Shown: positions 1-9,731, counted from the stretch's first letter. The stretch is DNA of 64,000 nucleotides from an uncultured virus (IMG/VR IMGVR_UViG_3300000115_000013) (IMGVR_UViG_3300000115_000013:1-64000), one strand, 5' to 3'. The notes: generated by a model from the sequence alone, not told the origin. Numbers and translations are program-made.

Positions 1-176
1 AATGTCATTCTTTTTTTGATATCAATAGGTGCGCTACACTGACCAGGCTTAGAAACTAGCCTACCAGCACGTTGTCCTACTGTGCATCTGTATTTACGAG
101 TAAGTTGATTACCTTTCCTCGCCCAAACAAGTTGTGCTTCAATCACAGTGTCATTATGTAATTCATTTAAATTCAT
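1..176 (-). CDS. Hypothetical protein, runs off the left edge (MNLNELHNDTVIEAQLVWARKG...)
   Basis: Manual translation; ATG at 176 with TAAATA 5 nt upstream; open to base 1; not in the ORF track. Confidence 0.7.
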   Translation of the reverse strand, partial: MNLNELHNDTVIEAQLVWARKGNQLTRKYRCTVGQRAGRLVSKPGQCSAPIDIKKRMT

Positions 177-201
177 AATACTATTTATGTGGGAAAGATT
201 A

Positions 202-495
202 TTAGGACATTACTAGTACAACTAGTGTACTCAATACACCAGCTACTACGGTTGCCGCCGCAGTAATTATTATTCTGTTTGCCGCCGCATTTGATTTGAT
301 ATTTTCTTCTCGCATTTCAGCAATAGATTGTTTTGTTTCGTCTCTAAATGCATACATGTTTTCAGCCATGGCGTCTAATCGTCGATCAATATTATTAACT
401 TTTTCTTCCAATACCCGATACCTCTCAGCACACAGATCGACATGTGCTTCTAAATTTGTGCGCTCTAAAGCGGTGGTGACTAATCCTATGGACAT
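202..495 (-). CDS. Coiled-coil protein with C-terminal transmembrane helix (possible holin/XhlA-like)
   Basis: Heptad-like middle region and hydrophobic C-terminus IIITAAATVVAGVLSTLVVLVMS. Confidence 0.5.
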   Translation of the reverse strand: MSIGLVTTALERTNLEAHVDLCAERYRVLEEKVNNIDRRLDAMAENMYAFRDETKQSIAEMREENIKSNAAANRIIITAAATVVAGVLSTLVVLVMS

Positions 496-632
496 TGTAT
501 TTTTACTATTTTTCTATTTTTCAACACATTCATATGTGTCATATTAATAATTAATCAAATAGTAGCCTAAGTATGTATTGCCAAGTGTTGCCTAATTTAA
601 TTTACCTACCTATATTTAGTGGTATATTACTA

Positions 633-1037
633 TTATTTAAAGTACAGGTTAACTTTATACTGGTCAGTAGTTTCAAAACATCCAGTATTAATATTTGCTG
701 TTTCTGATAAATTAGATATAATAGCAATACCATCAGAATCATTATATAAATGATGTAATCTATTACCCTTATAACTAAAAACGTCACTATGTTCTATACT
801 AAATTTTATTTTCCATACAGTATGTAGTCCTTTATACTGCTTTCCGAACTGATATTTAACTAGATCTTGTGTAGATTCAACTACAACTATTGGCGATAAT
901 GGCTGACTCCTAATCCCAATTGTCTGTATTAAGGTGTTTAAATTTTGTTGTTGATTATATGCTAAAATATTATTAAACGGTCTAGTAATTCCACTGTTGG
1001 TAATATCAACCAGCGTGTACGCAATAAAGGTATTCAT
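633..1037 (-). CDS. Hypothetical protein
   Basis: 134-aa ORF translationally coupled (TAATG) to the upstream gene. Confidence 0.6.
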   Translation of the reverse strand: MNTFIAYTLVDITNSGITRPFNNILAYNQQQNLNTLIQTIGIRSQPLSPIVVVESTQDLVKYQFGKQYKGLHTVWKIKFSIEHSDVFSYKGNRLHHLYNDSDGIAIISNLSETANINTGCFETTDQYKVNLYFK

Positions 1038-1822
1038 TATTTGGCTATACGTCTACCAAATGCTCTACCAGCAGCAAACCCCCCAGCCGCCACAGCAACA
1101 TTTGCTGCTACACTTTTAAGTGTGTCAACTCCTCTTGCTTTGGGTTCTTCTGCGTTACCTGCACCTTTAATTTCCAAGCCTTGTGTTCTTGACATATCTC
1201 TTATATATGTGTATAGCTCACTACGCAATGCTTTAGATCTAAAAAACTGTAGCATACGAGTAACTACTAAACTTTTTTGCATACCATTTAATCTATCCCA
1301 GTCTTGTGCTAATCTCCTAACACTTCTATAGTTAGAACTTTGTACATCAAGTCCCCGCTCTAGTGCAAGAAAAAATGCTGATGGATTTAACACTGGTCTG
1401 CCAGTCATTATTTGTCTTAAAAATACTTTAATTTTCTGATCAGGCAAACTAATTCTACTATTTTGTATTTTATCTTTATCGCCAGTACCGCTACTATTAT
1501 TTTGTAAACTATTAAGAGCAATATATAGATCAGTACCAGTTTGTCTATATGCAGTAAAATTACCAAACATCATAGTACGTTTAGCATATCCTTGCATAGC
1601 TGGAGCAAAATCATATTCTTTACTTAAAATATAAACAGCAAGCATATTCATAAATGCAAAGTCTGCCATATCTCTAGCATTAGTACCAACTACACTTTGC
1701 TTAGTACGATACATTCTACTTTCATTAAGATCTGATATAAATCCAAATTTAGTTTCTTGATTATTGGACATAGTATGTCCACCTTGAATTTCAGACCATT
1801 GTTTTGCTGTATATTTTTCCAT
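1037..1822 (-). CDS. Hypothetical protein, probably virion-associated
   Basis: Start moved to ATG 1822, which lies 5 nt after a TAAATA late-promoter motif. Confidence 0.6.
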   Translation of the reverse strand: MEKYTAKQWSEIQGGHTMSNNQETKFGFISDLNESRMYRTKQSVVGTNARDMADFAFMNMLAVYILSKEYDFAPAMQGYAKRTMMFGNFTAYRQTGTDLYIALNSLQNNSSGTGDKDKIQNSRISLPDQKIKVFLRQIMTGRPVLNPSAFFLALERGLDVQSSNYRSVRRLAQDWDRLNGMQKSLVVTRMLQFFRSKALRSELYTYIRDMSRTQGLEIKGAGNAEEPKARGVDTLKSVAANVAVAAGGFAAGRAFGRRIAK

Positions 1823-1830
1823 AATAATAT

Positions 1831-2913
1831 TTATCCAACTTGAACTGGTGTCCATCTATCTCTAGGTACTAGCTTAATTTTATCCCTAGTAACTACATAT
1901 CCTTCGCCGCCTGGCTTATTACCAGTCACTGCTTTAACATCAGTGCTAGTAGCATCTAATTGATCAATTATATTATTTTTTGCTGTCTGTATTTGTGCAA
2001 CTAAATCTAATATAATATCAAGTCCTTGACTGTCATTAGACATTAACTTAGTTTGTTGGCCTGGACTTACTTTACTTTGTTTAAGCCAATCAAAAAATCC
2101 ACTACGTATCTGGTCTAGTTTGCCCATCTTAGTCATTTGATTAACATAGGTATAAAGTATTTGATCTTTCCTACTCAATCCTTGTTCTGGTGCTAGCCAA
2201 TTATCAATCTTAGTGCTATTGTTTCGTGTTGTGTTTACAATACTTTCAACTGCACTAGTATCTATAGCAGGAGTTTGGGTAACATATGTTTGTCCTAATA
2301 CTGTTACTAACTCACTATTAAGTTTTTTTGGTGCTTTAATTGGCGTTCCAACCTTGTCACCAAATGCATCATGCCAAGTATGTACTACTACACAAACACT
2401 ACTTTTAGACATTTTTTGTCCCAATGGGCTTTGACTGTCAACAGTATATGTTACATTATTAGGCTTAAATGTTATACTATCTTTATTTTTAACTGCTGGC
2501 TTTCCTGGATGGAACAATAGATCTCCATACACATATCCACGCATATCAGCAGGAGTACTATCTTCCATAATAGCAAAAAGAGAACTCATGCCTGCTGCAA
2601 ATTCTTTACGCCAATCTTCACCTTTTCCAGTATTTAAAATATAATCTGATAAATCTTCTGGTGTGGTACTCATACGCTTACCCCAACCATTTTTGCCTAC
2701 TAATACAAATGTACCATTTGGTTGACGTCCCCAAAATATAGTTGGACTGCCATCCCATTTAATACTAACATCACCAGTATCCTGTCCAAGACGTGTTAGT
2801 AACTGTGCTGCTTTAAATGCACCACTGGATCCTTCAAAAAATACAAGGTCTTCTAAATGATTATACTCTCTACCTTTAGAGGTAGATTCTTTAAGGATTG
2901 ATTGCAGTCTCAT
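1831..2913 (-). CDS. RNA/DNA-ligase-like nucleotidyltransferase-fold protein (DUF6267-like)
   Basis: KWDG (motif I, KxDG), GDLLF (III-like), EGYV (IV), IKLV (V); start set at MRLQSILKE. Confidence 0.55.
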   Translation of the reverse strand: MRLQSILKESTSKGREYNHLEDLVFFEGSSGAFKAAQLLTRLGQDTGDVSIKWDGSPTIFWGRQPNGTFVLVGKNGWGKRMSTTPEDLSDYILNTGKGEDWRKEFAAGMSSLFAIMEDSTPADMRGYVYGDLLFHPGKPAVKNKDSITFKPNNVTYTVDSQSPLGQKMSKSSVCVVVHTWHDAFGDKVGTPIKAPKKLNSELVTVLGQTYVTQTPAIDTSAVESIVNTTRNNSTKIDNWLAPEQGLSRKDQILYTYVNQMTKMGKLDQIRSGFFDWLKQSKVSPGQQTKLMSNDSQGLDIILDLVAQIQTAKNNIIDQLDATSTDVKAVTGNKPGGEGYVVTRDKIKLVPRDRWTPVQVG

Positions 2914-3726
2914 TAGTTTTTTCTTTCCAGTTAGGATCATTTGCTCTAATGTTTGCTAACAGGTNNTGTCCTGCATCGCCTAATNCTGNTACTATAGCTT
3001 CTACNCTNCCCATGTCAACCGTGGTTTTGCNTTTGGACCNAATAATAANTGTGCAATTTTATTAATNTCNCTNGTAATAAATCCNTTNGGATCTTTTTTN
3101 CCGTTTGGTAAACGTTTAAANAANCCAACATAGTTACTCCACAGCATACCTTTTTCTCTAGCAATAATACTCAGCAGCTGATGCTTGTTAGTACCTTTGA
3201 AAGGACTGCCTTTTGGAATATTGTGTGTATGAAATTGTGCCGCATTGGCTGCATTAGGTACAACCATAACATCTGCTTGATATAAGTTACCTTTTACGTT
3301 AAGTCCAACATGAACAATAACACCAGTTTGTACTGTTTGAAATCCAGCTAAATCAAATAATTGTTTTAGCTTTTTTCTAATAACTCCATCAGTTTGGTCT
3401 TCCATCTTAAAGTGCTTTTTAAGATCATTAACATCAACAATTATGTCTATATCACCACTGGTCTCTCCGGGTATAGGAGTTGCGCCACTTCCAATGGGTA
3501 TGCCTGTGCTATTAGTTTTTGCTAGAACGCTGTTAATTATTTTTACCAAACTTGGCATAATTTCATGTGGTACTTCTAGTGAACCAGGTATTGCATTTTT
3601 TTCACTAAGACGTTTAATAGCATGTTTACCACTTTTAGCCAGTAAACTATTTCCATTGATTCTTACTTGGCGCTTGTTACGTATTTTACGTGACTTTTCG
3701 CCAACAATTATATCAGCTACTTTCAT
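2891..3726 (-). CDS. Pol-beta-superfamily nucleotidyltransferase; 3' part poorly sequenced
   Basis: IGSG...SGDIDIIVD motif and QADVM third Asp; many Ns. An alternative frame (DMGSVEAIV...NWKEKTNETAINP*) continues to 2891, implying a sequencing frameshift near 3020. Confidence 0.6.
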
Positions 3727-3962
3727 AATACTTTACCAATACCTCGTTGAAACTTACGTGGGTCTTTTGCTCTAATACTGTTAATTAAACGTTTGTTAAG
3801 GTCGTTAGCTGTTTCTTCGTCGAACGATTCATTTATTAAATCAATAAGATGTATTGCTGTACCAATTACTTGTTGTGCATTACTCTCAACAATTTGCTTC
3901 TTGTCACGCTTGGGTGACATAGAATTAATTTCTTCCAGTAAAGATCTAGTTTTTCTTTTCAT
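3723..3962 (-). CDS. Hypothetical protein
   Basis: 79-aa ORF with TAAATA upstream; overlaps the next gene (ATGA). Confidence 0.6.
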   Translation of the reverse strand: MKRKTRSLLEEINSMSPKRDKKQIVESNAQQVIGTAIHLIDLINESFDEETANDLNKRLINSIRAKDPRKFQRGIGKVL

Positions 3963-4000
3963 TGTAACACTATTTAGTTAAAGTTAAGTTAAATAAGTTT

Positions 4001-4170
4001 AGTTGAGGCATTGGTGATTAGCACTTATGGCAATTGCAGAAACTGGTATTAGAACATAGGATCCGTTAACGATAAGATTAATTCACCAACGCTTAAATTG
4101 GCCTACTACAGGTTAATAGTTCAGGACCACATATATAAAAGATAAGGTACACTGCACCTTTGCTTCAACA
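4001..4170 (+). ncRNA. Candidate structured late non-coding RNA
   Basis: TAAATA at 3990-3995; closing stem 4002-4010/4161-4169; internal helices 4011-4017/4083-4089, 4109-4139 and 4144-4160. Confidence 0.5.
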
Positions 4171-4572
4171 CTAAACTGCGTATTCAAAGTTTTGGCAAGT
4201 ATCACTTTTGCCAATTAACTTTGCACCATTACTAATATGAAAATGTTCCGCCATATCTGTTAATGGGCTTAATGTAACCAATTTTTTTACATGTTTTTCC
4301 TTTACTATACCCAATAAATTATTAACGATGGTTCTACCTGCACCTTTTTTACTACTCCATACGGTATATGCTACTGCAACCGTTCCAGTATCGTCACGAT
4401 ATTCTTCCAACTCTAACTCATTAGTTGGTATGTCCGTACAGTAGCATATACATATTACGGCTGTCAAGTCATCTAATACATATACTTGTTTACCTATGTC
4501 TATTTTATTAATATGAGGTCTTACTGGATCATTGTTAAGTAAATCTAGTTCAGTGTTGCTGATCAATCTCAT
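4171..4572 (-). CDS. Hypothetical protein, GNAT-like
   Basis: AYTVWSSKKGAGRTIV resembles the acetyl-CoA-binding motif A; HFHISNGAK resembles the C-terminal GNAT motif. Confidence 0.45.
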   Translation of the reverse strand: MRLISNTELDLLNNDPVRPHINKIDIGKQVYVLDDLTAVICICYCTDIPTNELELEEYRDDTGTVAVAYTVWSSKKGAGRTIVNNLLGIVKEKHVKKLVTLSPLTDMAEHFHISNGAKLIGKSDTCQNFEYAV

Positions 4573-4573
4573 A

Positions 4574-5968
4574 TTACTCGCTCTTTCTTAATAAACTTTT
4601 AAGTCTGTCAGTTGGATTTATTTGTGGATCAGCTGTCATATTATTTTCTGTTACGCTTTCTCCTGCTTCAATAGTTGATTTTGTTTTTAATTTTTGATAT
4701 ATGCTTGTAGTGTCACTATTTGGATCATCACGTTCACTTTCATCTAAATCCTGTATCCGTAAACTATCAATATTAAACGATAAATCTAGTTTACTACCAA
4801 CTCCACTACTACTACGTGTTTTCATAAATTGTATTTGTACTCTACCACGCTCTCGCATTGGCCTGCTACTAAAGATACCAATTAAGTTATCTGCTGTATT
4901 GATCTTACTAATACCTCCAGCAATATGGCTATGATCAAATTCAATCTCATCAACAGCACCACGGTTTAACTGTGATGCAGTTACAAATAATATGCCCAGC
5001 TCAGTTGCTAAATTGCGCAATTCTTCACTAACAAATTTATCTTTAATAAATTGATCGCTTGGATTAACTTTAACTGTAACTGGCATCATAAGATCCAAAT
5101 AGTCAACCAGTAGTGCATCAACATGCAAGTTGTGTTGTATCTGATATTCTCTCATGTATGCTTTGATGTCGTTAACAGTAGTACCATTCTTCATTTGTAT
5201 TACTTGTAGTTTACCTGCTTTCTTACTGGCCATCTTAACTTGTAACTCAACATCGCTACTATTCTTCATTACGTCTTTGGTGCTCATGCCTGTAAGCATA
5301 GCATCCAATCTCATAGCACACAGTTCTTCACTAAGTTCTAAACTGATGTACACAACGTTTTTACCTTGCAACGCCCAGTTTAGTGCTAAGTTCTGCATAA
5401 ACAAACTCTTACCACTACCACTACCACCTGCAAAGATGTTTAATTCGCCTGGATTAAATCCACCATACAATACTCTATCAAATGTCTCCCAGCCACTACT
5501 ATTCTGTCCTCTGTTGTCTTTGATGCTTTGAATGCGTCCTGCAGGATCATCCCAATAGTTTGTACCAAAGTTCTTAGCAAGTCCAATCTCTGTTGCCGCT
5601 TTGATGATGCCTTCTACTGTACCATACTCTTTGTTCTCTAACATATCAGCACTTTTTAGAATTGCTGCTTCCAACGCTTTGTGTCTACAGAACTGTTCAA
5701 AGTTATCCATAAACCAATTTTTATGTTCTGTGGTTAGTTTGTCTCGCACATCAGATATTTCAACACCAGCTACGCCTTTAACTTGCTCTAGCATGGGAAC
5801 ATCGTTGTATTCATCTGCATGTTTTTGTATAAAATCTACTGTGTCTCTGAATTGTCTGTCAAAGTAACTGCTTTCTAAGATAGCATTACACCGCACAAAC
5901 AGATCCTTGTCAGCCAATAAGAACTCCAAGTATAACTGTTGTAGGTCTGCGCTGTAATCTTCACTCAT
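4574..5968 (-). CDS. 41: DnaB-family replicative helicase (T4 gp41-like)
   Basis: Walker A GGSGSGKS, LLVDYLDLM, TASQLNR, MKTRSS. Confidence 0.93.
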   Translation of the reverse strand: MSEDYSADLQQLYLEFLLADKDLFVRCNAILESSYFDRQFRDTVDFIQKHADEYNDVPMLEQVKGVAGVEISDVRDKLTTEHKNWFMDNFEQFCRHKALEAAILKSADMLENKEYGTVEGIIKAATEIGLAKNFGTNYWDDPAGRIQSIKDNRGQNSSGWETFDRVLYGGFNPGELNIFAGGSGSGKSLFMQNLALNWALQGKNVVYISLELSEELCAMRLDAMLTGMSTKDVMKNSSDVELQVKMASKKAGKLQVIQMKNGTTVNDIKAYMREYQIQHNLHVDALLVDYLDLMMPVTVKVNPSDQFIKDKFVSEELRNLATELGILFVTASQLNRGAVDEIEFDHSHIAGGISKINTADNLIGIFSSRPMRERGRVQIQFMKTRSSSGVGSKLDLSFNIDSLRIQDLDESERDDPNSDTTSIYQKLKTKSTIEAGESVTENNMTADPQINPTDRLKSLLRKSE

Positions 5969-6194
5969 TCATATCTCCTTGCAACTTCTTTGTGATGTAT
6001 TCTTCCCGAGTATAGATCATTCGCCAAGCGGTGCCTTTAATTGGCACTGCGCCATTCATATCCATAGTTATAGCGTATTCGTAGTAAGATGTCAACCAAA
6101 TAAACTTGTCGTTACCATCGCTACGCTTTGGTAACCAAGCAAAATATTTAGTCCAACAACTTTGTAAATCAGTGTACGCACTAACATGTTTCAT
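5961..6194 (-). CDS. Hypothetical protein
   Basis: Fills the primase-helicase gap; second Met (6194) chosen to avoid overlap with the primase. Confidence 0.55.
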   Translation of the reverse strand: MKHVSAYTDLQSCWTKYFAWLPKRSDGNDKFIWLTSYYEYAITMDMNGAVPIKGTAWRMIYTREEYITKKLQGDMNE

Positions 6195-6210
6195 ATCTAA
6201 ATACTCTATA

Positions 6211-7227
6211 CTATTTGCATCTTGACTTTGCCAAGATCTTAATCTTCGTGCTACTTGTCTCGACACTTTCTAATACACTCTTGACTGTGAATAATCTTCC
6301 ATATTTGTTTACTGCATCACATGCATCTTTAACATCTTCCCAGGGAGGAAAACTTACAGCCCAGCCGTGTTTAATTGCTATTTCAATTGTTTCTTTACCA
6401 GCAGCGTCAAAATCTGGCAACAACACAACTTGTTTACCTAATTGATTAATAATAGCGCATTGTGTGTCATTAGGTGTGTTTCCAGCTAGCGCAACTCCGC
6501 CAACTTGAAGTGCATCAAGTTGTCCTTCTGTTACAATAACATATTGATGTTTTTCTTGCTCATCCAAATTATATACAAAATTACTAGGCATTTGGTTATA
6601 GTATTTTGGCATTTTATCTGGTCGATCGTTCCCACACCATCTTGCTGTATATCCTACTATCTTTCCTTTATAATAAAATGGTAAAATTACTCTACTTGCA
6701 AAATGCATATGTGGAGACCAATACCAATGTTCATAATGATCCAAGCCACGTTCTACTAGATAAGTGCATGCTCGGGTTAATTTATCTAACTTATCATCAT
6801 TTAACTCAGCGACATCAACCTCACCAATACGAACCGCATCCATGGGCAAATCTTTTAACTGCCAATCTAGACAAACAACTTTTTCTTTTTGTGTATTTAA
6901 AAATTGTCCAGCTATATCTGATTCTTTTTCCTGTTTAAGTATTTCAAAGTTAACACGCTGAATCTGAGCCATGTCTGTACCAAATGTTTGTAGTAATTCA
7001 GCAAGTTTATCACCAATACGTGACCCAACACTCCAGCCAGTTTTAAAGCCACAGTTAAAACAATTATAGCTAAACTTATCTTCACTGAATATAATACCGC
7101 CACGTTTGCGCTTATCTGGACTATGCCCACGTTTATTACACATGGTACAGTTGCCACTTATCCACCCACTAGGAGTTTGTTTCCAGCCAGACGGTATCTG
7201 TTGCTTTAAAAAAGTTAATACTTCCAT
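6211..7227 (-). CDS. 61: DNA primase (T4 gp61-like)
   Basis: N-terminal zinc finger CxxC...CFNCG; TOPRIM VTEGQLDA and PDFD; KDACD. Confidence 0.9.
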   Translation of the reverse strand: MEVLTFLKQQIPSGWKQTPSGWISGNCTMCNKRGHSPDKRKRGGIIFSEDKFSYNCFNCGFKTGWSVGSRIGDKLAELLQTFGTDMAQIQRVNFEILKQEKESDIAGQFLNTQKEKVVCLDWQLKDLPMDAVRIGEVDVAELNDDKLDKLTRACTYLVERGLDHYEHWYWSPHMHFASRVILPFYYKGKIVGYTARWCGNDRPDKMPKYYNQMPSNFVYNLDEQEKHQYVIVTEGQLDALQVGGVALAGNTPNDTQCAIINQLGKQVVLLPDFDAAGKETIEIAIKHGWAVSFPPWEDVKDACDAVNKYGRLFTVKSVLESVETSSTKIKILAKSRCK

Positions 7228-7233
7228 AGTTGT

Positions 7234-7262
7234 ATTCTAGTTTGAATAAGTTACTTTGTCAA
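7234..7262 (-). promoter_or_regulatory. Sigma70-type promoter of the primase (leaderless)
   Basis: TTGACA-N17-TAGAAT-N6-ATG, embedded in the 3' end of the upstream gene. Confidence 0.7.
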
Positions 7263-8022
7263 CTGTTCCTGTATTATTTTCTGAATCAGGAGTATGAACT
7301 AATCGAACCCATGCATATCTTCCCGTCCATTGAAATAATGTATCCCCAGTAAATGAAGTTAATGTATCATTGATATTTGGAACATCAAGCCAATCCGCTG
7401 GTTGTGGACTTGGAGCTAACGTAGCTTGTACTTTTAGTACGCCAGTATAAGAAGTTGAAGAAACTACCATATTCTGGTTACCAATGGTATTAAAAGATTG
7501 AGTTGTTGAAGCAAGATCACCTCCCCAATACTCATTACCACTAGTAGCAAAAAAAGTATTTTCCACAGTAGTTCTAGCACCAGCCGCTGGATTTAATTTA
7601 CTTTCTAATACATAACCAATTCTGTTATTTTGATCGCTTTGCATACTAAATGTTCTATTTGCACTATCTGTGAATGTTAATACCATATCATATAATGCAG
7701 ACCCAAGTATTGATGTTTCGGCTGCGGTTAATTTTAATAAAGCTCGTCCATCTTCATAAGAAGTAATTTGTAGTGCTTTTGTAAGTACTACGACACGGCT
7801 TGTACGATGAATAATTTTTACATTTAATGTTATATTGTTAACATCAACTGGCTTTCTGTCAGATCCAATTACAAAAAATTCTATATCAGAATCATAACCT
7901 GCGTAAACTATAAAATTTTTATGATTACTAGGTATATTATATGTCGTACCTGTTCTATTAGGGACGAATACTTCGCCTCTTTGATTATATTTGTATGCTG
8001 TTGCTTGATAACTCATTGACAT
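7237..8022 (-). CDS. Putative virion structural protein (BppU-like beta-rich)
   Basis: Thr/Ser/beta-rich sequence; TAAATA and GGAGA upstream. Confidence 0.45.
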   Translation of the reverse strand: MSMSYQATAYKYNQRGEVFVPNRTGTTYNIPSNHKNFIVYAGYDSDIEFFVIGSDRKPVDVNNITLNVKIIHRTSRVVVLTKALQITSYEDGRALLKLTAAETSILGSALYDMVLTFTDSANRTFSMQSDQNNRIGYVLESKLNPAAGARTTVENTFFATSGNEYWGGDLASTTQSFNTIGNQNMVVSSTSYTGVLKVQATLAPSPQPADWLDVPNINDTLTSFTGDTLFQWTGRYAWVRLVHTPDSENNTGTVDKVTYSN

Positions 8023-8054
8023 TCTCCAGTATTATTTATGTGCTAAGTATTAGT

Positions 8055-8435
8055 ATGAGCCAAATACCAATAAAGTATCAACACTTATTAGACGATTTTC
8101 CATTTTTAACACTAGTTAAATATGGTGGAAATGAATATATCGGAATTATTCAAAATATTGACAATAACTTAGCTAGTATGTATGATTATAATAAAATTAA
8201 AACTCTAGAACTTAAACAAAATTTTTTAGATCTAGGAGACGAATGGTGGTGGGGGACAAATAGAATGATCCCCATTAACATTATTTTTAAATCAGCATTT
8301 GAACATTATAGGAGTTCACTAGTTACATTTAGCGGTAAAGATTTTGAAGTTATGCACGGACCAATAATAAGTTTAAGTAACATCATACAAAAACGTATTA
8401 AACGAAGAAATATTCAGCTAGTACGCAAACTCTGA
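8055..8435 (+). CDS. Hypothetical protein
   Basis: Start moved to 8055 (TAAGTA-N5-ATG); divergent from 8022. Confidence 0.65.
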   Translation: MSQIPIKYQHLLDDFPFLTLVKYGGNEYIGIIQNIDNNLASMYDYNKIKTLELKQNFLDLGDEWWWGTNRMIPINIIFKSAFEHYRSSLVTFSGKDFEVMHGPIISLSNIIQKRIKRRNIQLVRKL

Positions 8436-9175
8436 TTCTTTTGAGGATCAACTGTTTTAAGCCGTCTAGCAGTCTGTTTTTCAGCAGCGTGTAGAAGTAA
8501 TCCACGTCTAATACCATCCGATTTATTGGGCATACTACTGTGCAAAACTCGTGGATGCCAGCATACAAAACTTCCTTTAGGTGCAGTATGTTGTTTATAA
8601 TTATCCTGAAAGAATATATCAAAATGTGCATTTTTTACATATAGGTCTTGATAATAATCATAAATGTATTTGTGTGATCCAGGAACATAACCAGTTGCAC
8701 CATTATCCGGTGTGAAATCACATAGCATTACCATAAACTGTAATCCTAATAATCCTTTTGCATATTTAAATTCTTTAAATCTATACGGTGTATCAATGTG
8801 TGGTCTAATAAAGTTCATGCCAGGATGTAACACAATAAAGTCACACATATACCATTCCCAATTATTTTCTCCAAATGCAGCATCTGCACATTTACCTAAC
8901 TCAGGCTTAATAATATTGTCAATAAAATTGTTGCCCTTGGGTTCAGCTGTCCAGAAGTAAGCCCAATCAATTTCGTTATGTGGATTTTTACCTTTTTCAA
9001 TTTGTTCAGAAATCTGATTCCAGCCCCACCACTTTAGATCTTTTGTATGTCCACGCTCAGGTGCAAATGTACTTGCGTATTGATTGAGTTCAGAAATACA
9101 ATCTTTATCAAACACATCTTGATGTACAGTGAACCCCACATCATTGATGTCATCTACAAATCTAGTTTGATTCAT
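8414..9175 (-). CDS. Phytanoyl-CoA dioxygenase (PhyH)-family 2OG-Fe(II) oxygenase
   Basis: PHID (HxD), NGATGYVPGSH, distal His in VLHSSMPN, and RR. Confidence 0.85.
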   Translation of the reverse strand: MNQTRFVDDINDVGFTVHQDVFDKDCISELNQYASTFAPERGHTKDLKWWGWNQISEQIEKGKNPHNEIDWAYFWTAEPKGNNFIDNIIKPELGKCADAAFGENNWEWYMCDFIVLHPGMNFIRPHIDTPYRFKEFKYAKGLLGLQFMVMLCDFTPDNGATGYVPGSHKYIYDYYQDLYVKNAHFDIFFQDNYKQHTAPKGSFVCWHPRVLHSSMPNKSDGIRRGLLLHAAEKQTARRLKTVDPQKNQSLRTS

Positions 9176-9176
9176 A

Positions 9177-9731
9177 TTAATATCCTAACTGTTCGCATAT
9201 AAGATTTATATGCACGATAACTGCCATTGCATAACTTACTGCATGGGCTTTTTTAAAATAATAGTCATTATTTTTTGGCTTTAGCCAAACGTGTTCCATT
9301 ATATACGGCCAAGGCTTGTTTGCCAGGTGTCTTTTCGCTGGTCGTATAATCGCTAGTGCTGCCGCCAATTGTTCTACCGATTGCGGCTTCAATTGTTTTA
9401 AGAGCATATCGTGCCCTGACAGATGAAATACTTTGTCGACGAAGTCCTTGTGCTCCAGTAGTTGCCATACTGTTTCCCTTTCTATTAAATGCGTCAAGTG
9501 GTCATCATCATTGACGTCTTTATATATACTAACATTTAACATATCAAGTTTAAAAAATCCAGCTTCGTCTGCTTTTGTGTGTTCAACAGTACACAAGCCA
9601 GTAAATGGATCTGTTGGAACATTATGAAAGTACACACCTGTATTATGTTTTTTGTTCTTAAGCCTAGCTGGTGTGTTCCTAAGAACATCTAACGCTAACT
9701 GTCTATCTGCAAAATCAATATCAATATCCAT
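9177..9731 (-). CDS. Minimal DNA polymerase III alpha (DnaE, family C)-like protein
   Basis: DIDIDF, HNTGV, FFKLDML, IIRP, YYFKKAHAVSYA in DnaE order within 184 aa. Confidence 0.75.
   Translation of the reverse strand: MDIDIDFADRQLALDVLRNTPARLKNKKHNTGVYFHNVPTDPFTGLCTVEHTKADEAGFFKLDMLNVSIYKDVNDDDHLTHLIERETVWQLLEHKDFVDKVFHLSGHDMLLKQLKPQSVEQLAAALAIIRPAKRHLANKPWPYIMEHVWLKPKNNDYYFKKAHAVSYAMAVIVHINLICEQLGY

Noticed and set aside
2960..3125. Apparent truncation or pseudogenisation of the nucleotidyltransferase
   Set aside because: The region is full of Ns, and the frame switch is best explained by low-quality sequence
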